From Macrostomum lignano (Eukaryota): 64,000 nucleotides of DNA. The translations under genes were made by a program, and so were the position numbers. Positions 22,410-38,200 of the stretch are shown here, one piece after another. The notes beneath the pieces were generated by a model. It had not been told where the DNA came from. It saw only the letters and a program-made list of their open reading frames with translations, and searched no databases. The stretch spans positions 62,001 through 126,000 of the forward strand of contig NIVC01002242.1 in assembly GCA_002269645.1 (NCBI GenBank), given 5' to 3'. Positions within the stretch are counted from its first letter, which is position 1; each line of letters begins with the position of its first letter.

Positions 22410-24662
22410 ATGGATCGCTACACTATACTGGGCAGGATTGGCGAGGGCGCCCACGGCATTGTGTTTAAGGCGAAGCATATTGAAAGCGGCGAGCTTGTCG
22501 CCCTAAAAAAAGTCATGCTTCGGCGCATTGAGGAGGGCATCCCAAATGCGGCGCTGCGCGAGATCAAAGCGCTGCAAGAAATCGAAGACAATCCCTACGT
22601 GGTTCGGCTGCGCGACGTCTTCTCGCACGGCGCCGGCTTCGTGCTCGCGTTCGACTTCATGTCCTCGGATTTGGCTGAGGTTATTCGCAACTGCGATAAA
22701 CCGCTGGCCGAATCCCAGGTGAGAAGATATTGAGAACATGATTGCCTCCCATTTATCCCCACCAACTTCCCATATCTCCAGGTAGGGAATCTTTAATTTA
22801 TCCCCACCGACTTCCCATATCTCCAAGTAGGGGATCTTTAATTTATCCCCACCGACTTCCCATATCTCCAGTAGGGGATCTTTAATTTATCCCCACCAAC
22901 TTCCCATATCTCCAGGTAGGGGATCTTTAATTTATCCCCACCGACTTCCCATATCTCCAGGTAGGGGATCTTTAATTTATCCCCACCGACTTCCCATATC
23001 TCCAAGTAGGGAATCTTTAATTTATCCCCACCAACTTCCCATATCTCCAGGTAGGGGATCTTTAATTTATCCCCACCAACTTCCCATATCTCCAGGTAGG
23101 GGATCTTTAATTTATCCTCGCCGACTTCCCATATATCCAGGTGAAGAGCTACATGGTGATGCTGCTGAAAGGCGTCCACTTCCTGCACTCGAACCAGATC
23201 ATGCACAGAGATTTGAAGCCGGCCAATTTGCTCATTTCGGCCACTGGGATGCTGAAAATTGCCGACTTCGGACTGGCCAGGGTTTTCCAGCGCCTGCAAG
23301 GCGACCGGCAGTACAGCCATCAGGTTGGTTGCTCTCGAAATAATAATCGCTCGTACGAAGTTGATTGGTTTTCGAGTACAAAGTACTTAATGTACTAATT
23401 TTATTAGTTCGTGACCACAAGCTGGGCGCGTGATTCTAAGAATACATTCGGCTCTAATTAATGTCCAAGAACCACAAGAAGCTGCAGTTATATCAGGACG
23501 TTACAGTCTTTATTTAAAGGCCAGTGTCGCTTAAAAATTCGGCCTTCAAATATATTGTCCATTTTCTACTATAAGTACACGAGTATTATAGATACGTCCC
23601 GATACAACAGTAACTTCTTGTAGTCCTTGACAATATCTTTGTCAAGACGACTTACTATTTACTAGTACATAGAGTGCATCAACACCTCCCCTCACGTCAA
23701 TACATAGCCTGTAAAATTTTTATTTTACTCAAAATCGTCTGATCAAACTCTCAGCTTCATCCGACAGAAGAAAGTAGCCGGTCAGCCCCAACCCCCATCA
23801 GCCCCAACCCCACCAGCCCCAACCCCCACCAGCCCCAACCCCACCAGCCCCAACCCCCACCAGCCCCAACCCCACCAGCCCCAACCCCCACCAGCCCCGG
23901 CCCCCACCAGCCCCAACCAGCCCCAACCCCCACTAGCCCCAACCCCCACCAGCCCCAACCAGCCCCAACCCCCACTAGCCCCAACCCCCACCAGCCCCAA
24001 CGTCTCCGTTTTGCTCTAAATAAGTTGTATTTGGGGGATGACAGTTTGTTAAACATTTCTGGGAACTTTTAAAAATCAAAATGTACTTGAAAACGACAAG
24101 TACCACCACCCTCCCGCAGGTGGCCACCCGCTGGTACCGGGCACCGGAGCTGCTCTATTCCGCCCGTCGCTACGACGAAGGCGTCGACCTCTGGGCTGTC
24201 GGCGCCGTGTTCGGCGAAATGTTGGCCAACTCGCCGCTGTTCCCCGGCGAGAGCGACATCGAGCAGCTGTACTGCGTCACGCGGGTGCTGGGCACGCCGA
24301 GCGAGGCCAGCTGGCCTGGCATGGGCGACCTGCCGGACTACAACAAGATCAGCTTCGACCAGCTCAGCCCGGTGCCCTTCGAGGAGCTGCTGCCGGACGC
24401 CAGCCAGGCGGCCGTGGACCTGTTGAAGAAGTTCTTGGTGTACAGGTCCGACCGGCGAGTCCGGGCGGGCAAGGCGCTGCTGGATCCGTACTTTTTCACC
24501 GAGCCGCTGCCGTGCCATCACAGCGAGTTGCCGCTGCCAGCGCTGAGCAAAACTGGGCCGCTGCATCACGCGTTCGAGTACAGCACGGAGGCGCCGCTGG
24601 AGGACTCGCTGGTTGATCCGGCGCTGCTCATCGACGGAGCCGCGCTGTCGGCACTGTACTGA
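22410..24662 (+). CDS. CDK20: Cyclin-dependent kinase 20 (CCRK); exons 22410..22718, 23141..23323, 24120..24662 (344 aa)
   Basis: [55 protein letters not shown]|[13 protein letters not shown]; all introns phase 0 with GT/AG. Confidence 0.95.
22750..23140 (+). repeat. 45-bp tandem array filling CDK20 intron 1
   Basis: 8 units of GTAGGGGATCTTTAATTTATCCCCACC(A/G)ACTTCCCATATCTCCAG and variants. Confidence 0.95.
23782..24000. repeat. 15-16-bp C-rich repeat (AGCCCCAACCCCCACC) in CDK20 intron 2
   Basis: Directly visible. Confidence 0.92.
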
Positions 24663-24700
24663 ACAGTGTACTTAGCAGCAACTTTGTAGGTCATATTAAT

Positions 24701-24922
24701 GGGCAGATGTGCAACCGACAGCTCAGCCGCAGCTATTATACGGCCGGCTGTTCAGTCCAAACACTGGGGAGTCGCCACACACACCCTCAATGGTACCCAT
24801 TTAACAGCTGGGTGAACTGAAGCAATGCAGAGTTGAGTGTCTTGCTCAAGGACAAAAGTTGTTTCGAGTGGGTCGAGAATCGAACCCCCGACTTTTCAGT
24901 CGGACGCTCCAGCCACTGGCAT
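24701..24922 (-). mobile_element. SINE family A copy, 40 nt after the CDK20 stop, antisense
   Basis: Reverse complement aligns by eye with 1437..1676; B-box GGTTCGATTCT. Confidence 0.8.
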
Positions 24923-25889
24923 TAGAAAGTTTGAGAAGAGTGATTGTTCAAAGAGCGGTAAGGCTCAAAATACAACTGATTGTTGTGTTTTCTGAATGGG
25001 GTCTTGCCAAAGACAAATCTGGTCGAAAAACACCCGCGCTAGATAAAAAACACCGGAACTTAGCTTTCTTGTCGGGTTCCGGTAGTTTTTCAAAGGAAAA
25101 ACACAGAAAATCGCATCGTCTATATACTGAGTCTTTGTTCATACTTTTAATGCAGCCAATGTACTTATCTGTACTGAAATTGTTCGTTAAATTTTTTGTA
25201 GTGTCTTCTGGTTGCATTTTTGACCATGCGATCAAGTGCATATGTAATTTATGCCTATTAGTAATTTCGAAATCAATAAAAAACGGAATCTCATATCAAT
25301 TGTACATACTTGCAAGTAAATCTGGCAAAGTTATTTTTGTTCGTTTCTTATTTGCAAGACAAGGCAGCAAGACTGGAGTAAATAGATGCAGCAGTTTCAA
25401 TAGAGCAATATTAAATACAATTTTAACTGGGAATATTTAGCCGAGCTACTAAAATATTCGTAATTGTATAAATAAGATGCATTGCAATTATGTTTAAAAT
25501 GAAAAAATAAATAGAAAAGCGATACGTGATAAGCACGGACTAATTATTTAGTACACGCATGTACTTTGAAACGGAATGAAATTCCGGAGAGGTCAATAAA
25601 GTGAAAAAATGATGCATTGAATGTAACTGTACTTACAAAAGTTCTAATGTACTTAAAATCACTAGTTTTTGCTCTCTAGTCAGAGGGACAGTAAAATTGT
25701 AAAGTTCACCGAGTACTATCAAAACGCCTACACATATCCACCGTTTTATTCTGTCTATCTTTGACGTATTTGATTGATTAAAGAGAATCAGTGAAACGCA
25801 CTCAAATGTACACCTGTCCTTATCCCTTAGCGAACAATTGTATCACTTAGCTTCAATAATTTGCTCCTTAGCACAGAATGTTCACAGAC

Positions 25890-26110
25890 CCAATTCCTTA
25901 CCCCTTCCCCGCGCAGAATGTACATAAGCTCTCTATTCCTTACCCCTTCCCCGCGCAGAATGTACACAAGCTCTCAATTCCTTACTCTTTCCCGCGCAGA
26001 ATGTACACAAGCTCTCAATTCCTTACCCCTTTTACCACCCAGCGCAGAATGTACAAAAGCTCTCAATCCCTTACCCCCCCCCCCTCCACCAGCGCAGAAT
26101 GTACGCAAAA
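25890..26110. repeat. ~42-bp tandem repeat (~5 copies) 3' of CYP26-like gene
   Basis: Recurring GCGCAGAATGTACA.AAGCTCTC.ATTCCTTAC. Confidence 0.85.
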
Positions 26111-26152
26111 GTTACACGTAAACTTCTAAACTCTCCAATGAAAGTACAATAG

Positions 26153-31330
<5,178 letters not shown>

Positions 31331-31758
31331 TGCTGTTGTCACTTAATTAAAATAAATGATAAAGCCAATATCGAAACTGCCGAATTAATTTCAATTATAC
31401 TAACTGGATCTGGCTGGTCAGGGAAACCGCTCTTCAATCTATTTATAATATCTGCGCAGAGGCTGATGCCCCAGCCTTCTCCACGCTTTGACTGACTGAC
31501 CGCACGTGATGACCCCGCTTCGCCCTCGCTCCGAAGCTGAGGTGGGCGCCGCTGACCCCTTTCTCTCTCCCCATCTGTCGACCCCATTGTTTAGCAAAGA
31601 TTCGCGTCTCGGGTTAGGAAGATCTATTTTTAGCATCGTCAGCCCCGATGACGTCATGGAAAGGAATAGAATCGGATAAATGTGAGTGCTTTTCTCCGTC
31701 TGGCTAGGCCCTGCCTCTCGCCTCGGAAGACTCCGCCATGGGCCTCGGTGTCCCGCTA

Positions 31759-31775
31759 GGGTCAGGCTCGGGTCA
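31759..31775 (+). promoter_or_regulatory. DR5 nuclear-receptor element GGGTCA-GGCTC-GGGTCA (RARE consensus)
   Basis: Exact match to RGKTCA(N5)RGKTCA, ~430 bp upstream of the inferred CYP26 ATG; function untested. Confidence 0.5.
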
Positions 31776-33371
31776 CGAGGGTAAATGGAGCTCGAGCGGC
31801 CAGACGGGGGTCTGACTAAAGAGGGCTCCCGGGATTGGTGGGGAGCAAACTGGGATTTTCCTATCCGCCCTATACTTGCAGAGAAATTGAGGGCACTGGG
31901 TTTAGGGAAGGTGGGCGAGGGCCCGGGAGGGTTGAGACGCCCTTTGGAGTAGGTGACCGCGGGCCCTGAACTCAGACTGTGGGGTCGCGCCTGGGTTTTC
32001 TAGGCGTCAGGGTCCAACCAACATCTCTACCCAACCTCTTTGGCCCACAGAACTGTTGCAGAAATCTGCAGACTCCAGCTTAGAAAAAGCAGAGTGCCAA
32101 TTTTGACAACCGGGATCCAAATCCAGGATGCCAACAATTAAAGGTTGATGTGTCGTGACGCTCGCTATGACTCAGAAACCCAGGGTCACGCGGACTGATT
32201 CAAACTGTGTAAATGGTGTTAGTTGCTTGTAACTGTGCGGTGATGTCAAATTTTATGCCTAGCATTGACTCATCGGACAACGGGGGGGGTCACCAGTCGT
32301 GTAGCTTAGAGAATTTCTGCTTTCAAGGCTTCACAATTTGAAGAACAATGTCCATCTCACATAGGTGTGAAAGTTACAAGATTGCTCACGTCATATGTAA
32401 GCCCCTCAGTGCGCAGTTTTGCGATAAATTTTTACTTAAGAAGCGAATCAGCTACTCGTTTCAAATGAATCAGTAGTAGTATCGAGCATCAATACTGATA
32501 CAACTGAAATTTATTTATTTTATTCATCATTTTATTTTTCATTTATCAATTTTGTACATTTTAACTACTGCATTTTTTATCCTAGATACAAGATTTAGAA
32601 GTATTATTCTCTCAATACTACTGAACTTACAATTTCTGAAAGTTGATTTCGTTATAATTTTCAAGGAAGATTCCGCATGACCGCCCATATCATAGCTTCC
32701 GGGAGTCAAAGATTGATCAAATCAATTTTAAAATGAGTCTAAACCAATTGTACACTGATTTGAGCAAAAGTATGTGTACATTGTCAGAACACTAATTTAT
32801 TGTAGTGATAAATATGAAACGAAAATTTCATTGGATGTTTTACCTAAGAGAATAATATCATAACACATCAGAAAGCTTAATGACTAAGTACATAGTTAAT
32901 GTCACATACTCGTATCTGGGTGGAACTGCCTGGTTACAGAGCAAGTTCATTTCAGACCCGTTGTTTTTGCCAACGAATGCTCGGAGCAGACGGTTAGCCT
33001 CCCCCCGTGACCATCTGATAATAGGTCGAGTTTGTTGATGCGATTGCAAAAGTCTAATAGCCTTAATCAGTTCCTGTTGTTCAGCATCGAAACAGCTGTT
33101 ACAAGTGAGCAGAAATGCTCATTAGTGCTCTAAAACTCTATCTAGTCCTAGTCAGTCCTAGTTCAGGAACTACTCAATACTCTGTCCTAGTTGCTTGATT
33201 TTGTTTATGTATAGGAAATGCTCTGGTCCTCAGAGCAATGGCAAATTGTCTATCATATTGAGCTGAGCTGTTTTGGCTATGCATACTATCACCCAGACAC
33301 AATAGCAATCAGTTTTGGCCATTATTCCACAGCTGCTACCCACAGTTTTTATAGTTAGTAGAGGCCCAAGG

Positions 33372-33672
33372 GCTGGCGCACTTTAAGCGACATTGTCACA
33401 CAACTGGCGAGAGGCATTGCTGCCCATTCCGTACGCAGTCATACGCACAGGCTGTACACACTCACACAGGAGTGTACAGCGGCCCTAACTTTATTTATCG
33501 CTAGGCATGTACACTTTGTGCCTTGGGGGGGTTGGCTCTCAAGGCCGTTAATTGCACGAGCAGAGCCAAGCCGAGATTCCAATTCAGCCCCAAATTAATG
33601 TGACTGCACTTGGAATCGAGCCTGGGCCGCTGGCACATCAGAGCGCCGCACTGGACCACTGGGCTACACCCC
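33372..33672 (-). mobile_element. tRNA-derived SINE family B
   Basis: A-box TAGCCCAGTGG, B-box-like GGCTCGATTCC; homologous copies at 33848..34115 and 62939..63266. Confidence 0.85.
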
Positions 33673-33847
33673 CCCGGTGGAAGGGAGAAATCCGCATGTA
33701 AGATGCACTTGTTGAGCCGATTTGAACATTGTAAGAAACAATTTACCATTTCCACACATGGCAAAAGCTGAGGGGTGGTCAGGTGGATAAAAATAGACAT
33801 GCAAAAGCAGTCACGCGATGAACTTTGTACATGGGGGTTAACTGTAC

Positions 33848-34115
33848 ATTAGCCCAGTGGTCTAGCGCGCAGCGGCCCAGGCTCGATTCCAAATGCAGTC
33901 ACATTAATTTTGGGGCTAAATTGGAATCTCGGATCGGCTCTGCTCTTGTAATTAACACCAACCCCAAAGGCACAAGGAAGTGTACATGTCTAACGATAAA
34001 TAAAGTTAGGGCCGCTGTACACTCCCGTGCGAGTGTGTACCTGCTCCGGGGAGTCGGTGGAATGGGCAGCAATGCCTCTCGCCGGATGTGTGACAATGTC
34101 GCTTAAAGTGCGCCA
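33848..34115 (+). mobile_element. tRNA-derived SINE family B
   Basis: Inverted homologue of 33372..33672, ending in GACAATGTCGCTTAAAGTGCGCC. Confidence 0.85.
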
Positions 34116-35230
34116 GGGTGCACACAGCCCCCCTGCCTTTAACTAAAAAAACTGCACATTGGGAGCAACTGTAAAACAATTGTCGGAACTAATTGCTATT
34201 GACGTCGCGTGTCGAAAAGCCAGGTGTAAGCAAACAAATGATGTAAGCAGAACAGAGTACAATGAGCAACCTGCGACATCAAAATTAAGATCCGCGGTAG
34301 TTATTGGTACATTGGTGCATTGTATGCAATATTTATACTTTTACCCAGCACCATGTCATTATTCCACACTTTTTGCCGCCATTATTCAACACTTTGGCTC
34401 TTGCGATTGGCTGTTTTGCGATTTAGTTTACCATAGACGAAACACACGAGCGCTATACGAGGTCTACCGTATACTTAGATGGGCCATAGACAAAATTTCC
34501 CCAAAGCTGTCTTTGATTATCTCATGCGGTTCTCAAAAATTAAAACTCCCTCTCTACAAAGCAACTATGGTTGCATGCGCTTATTAATGCAAACATCTTC
34601 CCGCGGACTCGCTAAACGGAGTCAAGATGGACGAGTTGCAACTGCTGTCTGAGCTCAGTTCAACGGACCACCACGATGACCAGGCCTGGCGGGATTTCAT
34701 TGATTGGATTGAGAACGACCACGGAACTGAAGAACTGCCGGACCTGCCGGAAGTGAGTGGCTTCATTGAGCAGATGGGTACTGCCGCTTTGAGAACTGCA
34801 GCTTTATTTCGGGGCGATAAGTAAACACTCGCTGTAAAATGTTGACTATACAAACTGATGAAGTGTGTTGCAAAAGTTAAGCTTAAATCTTTTTTCATGC
34901 AATTTGGCGTTTTCAACATTGCATTTGTTCAATATCAACTAATATGTATATAATATTTCAAGCAAGCCTCTACTGTCAAATGGTTCACGGGCTTATCTGT
35001 TAAAATACACTTAATAACGGCTACGTTATTTCAAATCCTTATGTCTATGGCCTAGAACCTGAAAAGTGTGGAATAATGGCCAAAAGATTTTGTTATTGCG
35101 TCTGGGTATAAGTATAATTACAATGACCCATAGACAAGACTATAGAAGAAAACCTCTAATATAGGCATATCAAGTCTGCTAAGATGAGACTATATCGATC
35201 CACAAGAGACATTACCAAGTAGAGCCGGTG

Positions 35231-38200
35231 ATGACGGGCCCGCACGAAGAAGACAGCGGCGGATTAGTCATGAGGCCGGCCAATTCCGACGCCATTCTGC
35301 CGACGCCGCCGCCGCCGCTGCCTCAGTCGAAACTGACGACTGCCGGAGACAAAGCGATGGAAGAAGCCGATGGAAGGAAGGTGCTGACGTCTCCTTACCT
35401 GGCGGAGGCTTGCTGCTCAAGGCTGCTCAATCAGTTCTCTGGCAGACTGGGCCTCTTCGTTGCCGGCCGGCCAAGGAACTATGCCTTCAGAGCTAACAGA
35501 AACGCGTGAGCTGAGACTTTTTAGATGCTCATGAGACTTATTGGCTCTGCCCTACTCTATCCCGAACCTTAAGTGAGCACTGCTACCCTCCCCAATTCTT
35601 TAGTGAGCACTGCTACCCTCTCAAATTCTTTAGTGAGCACTGCTACCCTCCCAAATTCTTTAGTGAGCACTGCTACCCTCCCAAATTCTTTAGTGAGCAC
35701 TGCTACCCTCCCCAATTCTTTAGTGAGCACTGCTACCCTCCCCAATTCTTTAGTGAGCACTGCTACCCTCCCAAATTCTTTAGTGAGCACTGCTACCCTC
35801 CCCAATTCTTTAGTGAGCACTGCTACCCTCCCAAATTCTTTAGTGAGCACTGCTACCCTCCCCAATTCTTTAGTGAGCACTGCTACCCTCCCCAATTCTT
35901 TAGTGAGCACTGCTACCCTCCCAAATTCTTTAGTGAGCACTGCTACCCTCCCCAATTCTTTAGTGAGCACTGCTACCCTCCCCAATTCTTTAGTGAGCAC
36001 TGCTACCCTCCCCAATTCTTTAGTGAGCACTGCTACCCTCCCAAATTCTTTAGTGAGCACTGCTACCCTCCCAAATTCTTTAGTGAGCACTGCTACCCTC
36101 CCCAATTCTTTAGTGAGCACTGCTACCCTCTCAAATTCTTTAGTGAGCACTGCTACCCTCCCCAATTCTTTAGTGAGCACTGCTACCCTCCCCAATTCTT
36201 TAGTGAGCACTGCTACCCTCCCCAATTCTTTAGTGAGCACTGCTACCCTCCCAAATTCTTTAGTGAGCACTGCTACCCTCCCAAATTCTTTAGTGAGCAC
36301 TGCTACCCTCCCCAATTCTTTAGTGAGCACTGCTACCCTCCCCAATTCTTTAGTGAGCACTGCTACCCTCCCAAATTCTTTAGTGAGCACTGCTACCCTC
36401 CCAAATTCTTCAGTGAGCACTGCTACCCTCTCCTATCCTTCAGTGAGCAGCAGGATTCTCCAACGTCAAATTGTCTTTCCAGAATAATGGAAACAGTCAG
36501 CCACCTTGGCTACCGAGTCCTTGACTACAGTTCCCTGCGCGAGAATCTGCAGCTTCAGTTAGACAATGGGGATTTAGAGAAAACTGAGGCCGCTGCAACT
36601 GAGACTGAGGCCGCTGCAACTGAGGCCGCTGCAACTGAGGCGGCGGCAGAGGCGGCAGCGGCAAGTTTGGCTAGCAAAATTTCCTCACTGCCTGAGACCA
36701 CATTAAGTCTGGTGTTTCTGAAGCCGCAGAAACTCGACTGGAACTGTCTTGGTAAAAAAGCTGATTGAGTGAGATATCAATTGCCATGATGAGTTAAGCA
36801 GTGGTTTTGAACAGATCAGCGAGCCGCCCATTAAAGGACCCGGGAAGCGAAAGATCTAAGAAATTGGGGAGCTATCTCAAAGGGTTTGCCAAGAAATGAC
36901 CCGTTGTCAGTATAATCAATAATAAATGTAAGTACAAACGCTTACCCACAGGCAACTGTTTAATATTCGAGCCGTACCACCAGCCCAGCCTGTTCGCCTC
37001 GGACAAATGGAACATGGCCAGAATTCTCAGCCGAAAGGCCGGCCAATCCGGCCTGAAATTCTTTGACGCCTCTGGGGCCGAATTCAATTATCGCCGGTTC
37101 ACGATGTACACAGCCAATCCCGGCCTGGGGGGTAGGCAGCAGCTGATAAGGCATCTTGGTGAGCGCGAAGAAAGAGGGTCGGGGGTTGGGGTTTGGCAGG
37201 ATGAGATAAGAGTGGTGTACATTTACGGCGTTCGTAGATGAATAAGGCATCTTGGTGAGCGCGGAGGAAGGGGGATTGGGGTTGGGGGTTTGACGTGCTG
37301 AGAGAGAGGGAGAGAGGGTTGTGTACATTTGCGGCGTACATTAGATGGATAAGGCATCTTGGTGAGCGCGGAGGAAGGGGGATGGGGTTGGGGCCTGGGG
37401 TTTGACGTCCTGAGAGAGAGGGTTGTGTACATTTGCTGCGTAGATGCACATTCTCGTCCCCACGAGAAAGTTTGTGGCAGCCAATAAGCGATCAGGAGTT
37501 AAATCCTATCTAGGACTGCGTTTATAGTTTGTTTATACATCAATGAAGTAATTTAAATAGCATGCACTTTGGCGGAATACGTTTGACCCACAAGGGCCAG
37601 CCCCAAGGCACAGAGAGTGTACGCTGTACACCTTGTGTGAGCGTGTGTATGAGCGCATGACTGGAATCGCCGACTTCTGTGTTAGCTCGTACTTTGTTTG
37701 AGAAGTCTCAATGCTAATACTGAGGTTTTGATTTATTTCAGACGCAAACCCAGGAGTCTACGTACTCAAAAGGACCAAGTAAGAGCTGACTTGTTTAATT
37801 AGTTGCTTTGCTTACCTGCTGCTATACTCTCTTTTGATGCTAACTCTTTGTTGGGAGTAATTATATAACATTTTTATCTGCCAACAGTCTATCCATTTAG
37901 CTTTGATGACAGCAACATCTCTTAGAAATTCTAACATCAAACACATCTGTCAATCTTGCTGATTGTGAGTATATACGAGGGTAACTAGTAAGTAGCTAGT
38001 AGATAGTAACTAGTAGATAGTACTAGTAGATATAGCAGCTAGTAGATAGAAGTTTTAAATTCAAATCGGAATATGAGTAAATGCTAAAAATACTCGTAGA
38101 ATCTGAGTTATGAGTATATAATTTGTTAAATCCAATGAGAATGACATGCTTGAAGGTGACAAATATGCGAGGTGAGATGGGACGGGATGAGCCGAGGTGA

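Noticed and set aside
24859-25440. 193-aa ORF after CDK20
   Set aside because: Starts in a SINE, AT-rich, non-ATG start, no domain signature.
35570-36445. CRISPR array (also considered for 205..453, 22750..23140, 58600..59215)
   Set aside because: Units are contiguous with no unique spacers, no cas genes are present, and the context is eukaryotic introns.
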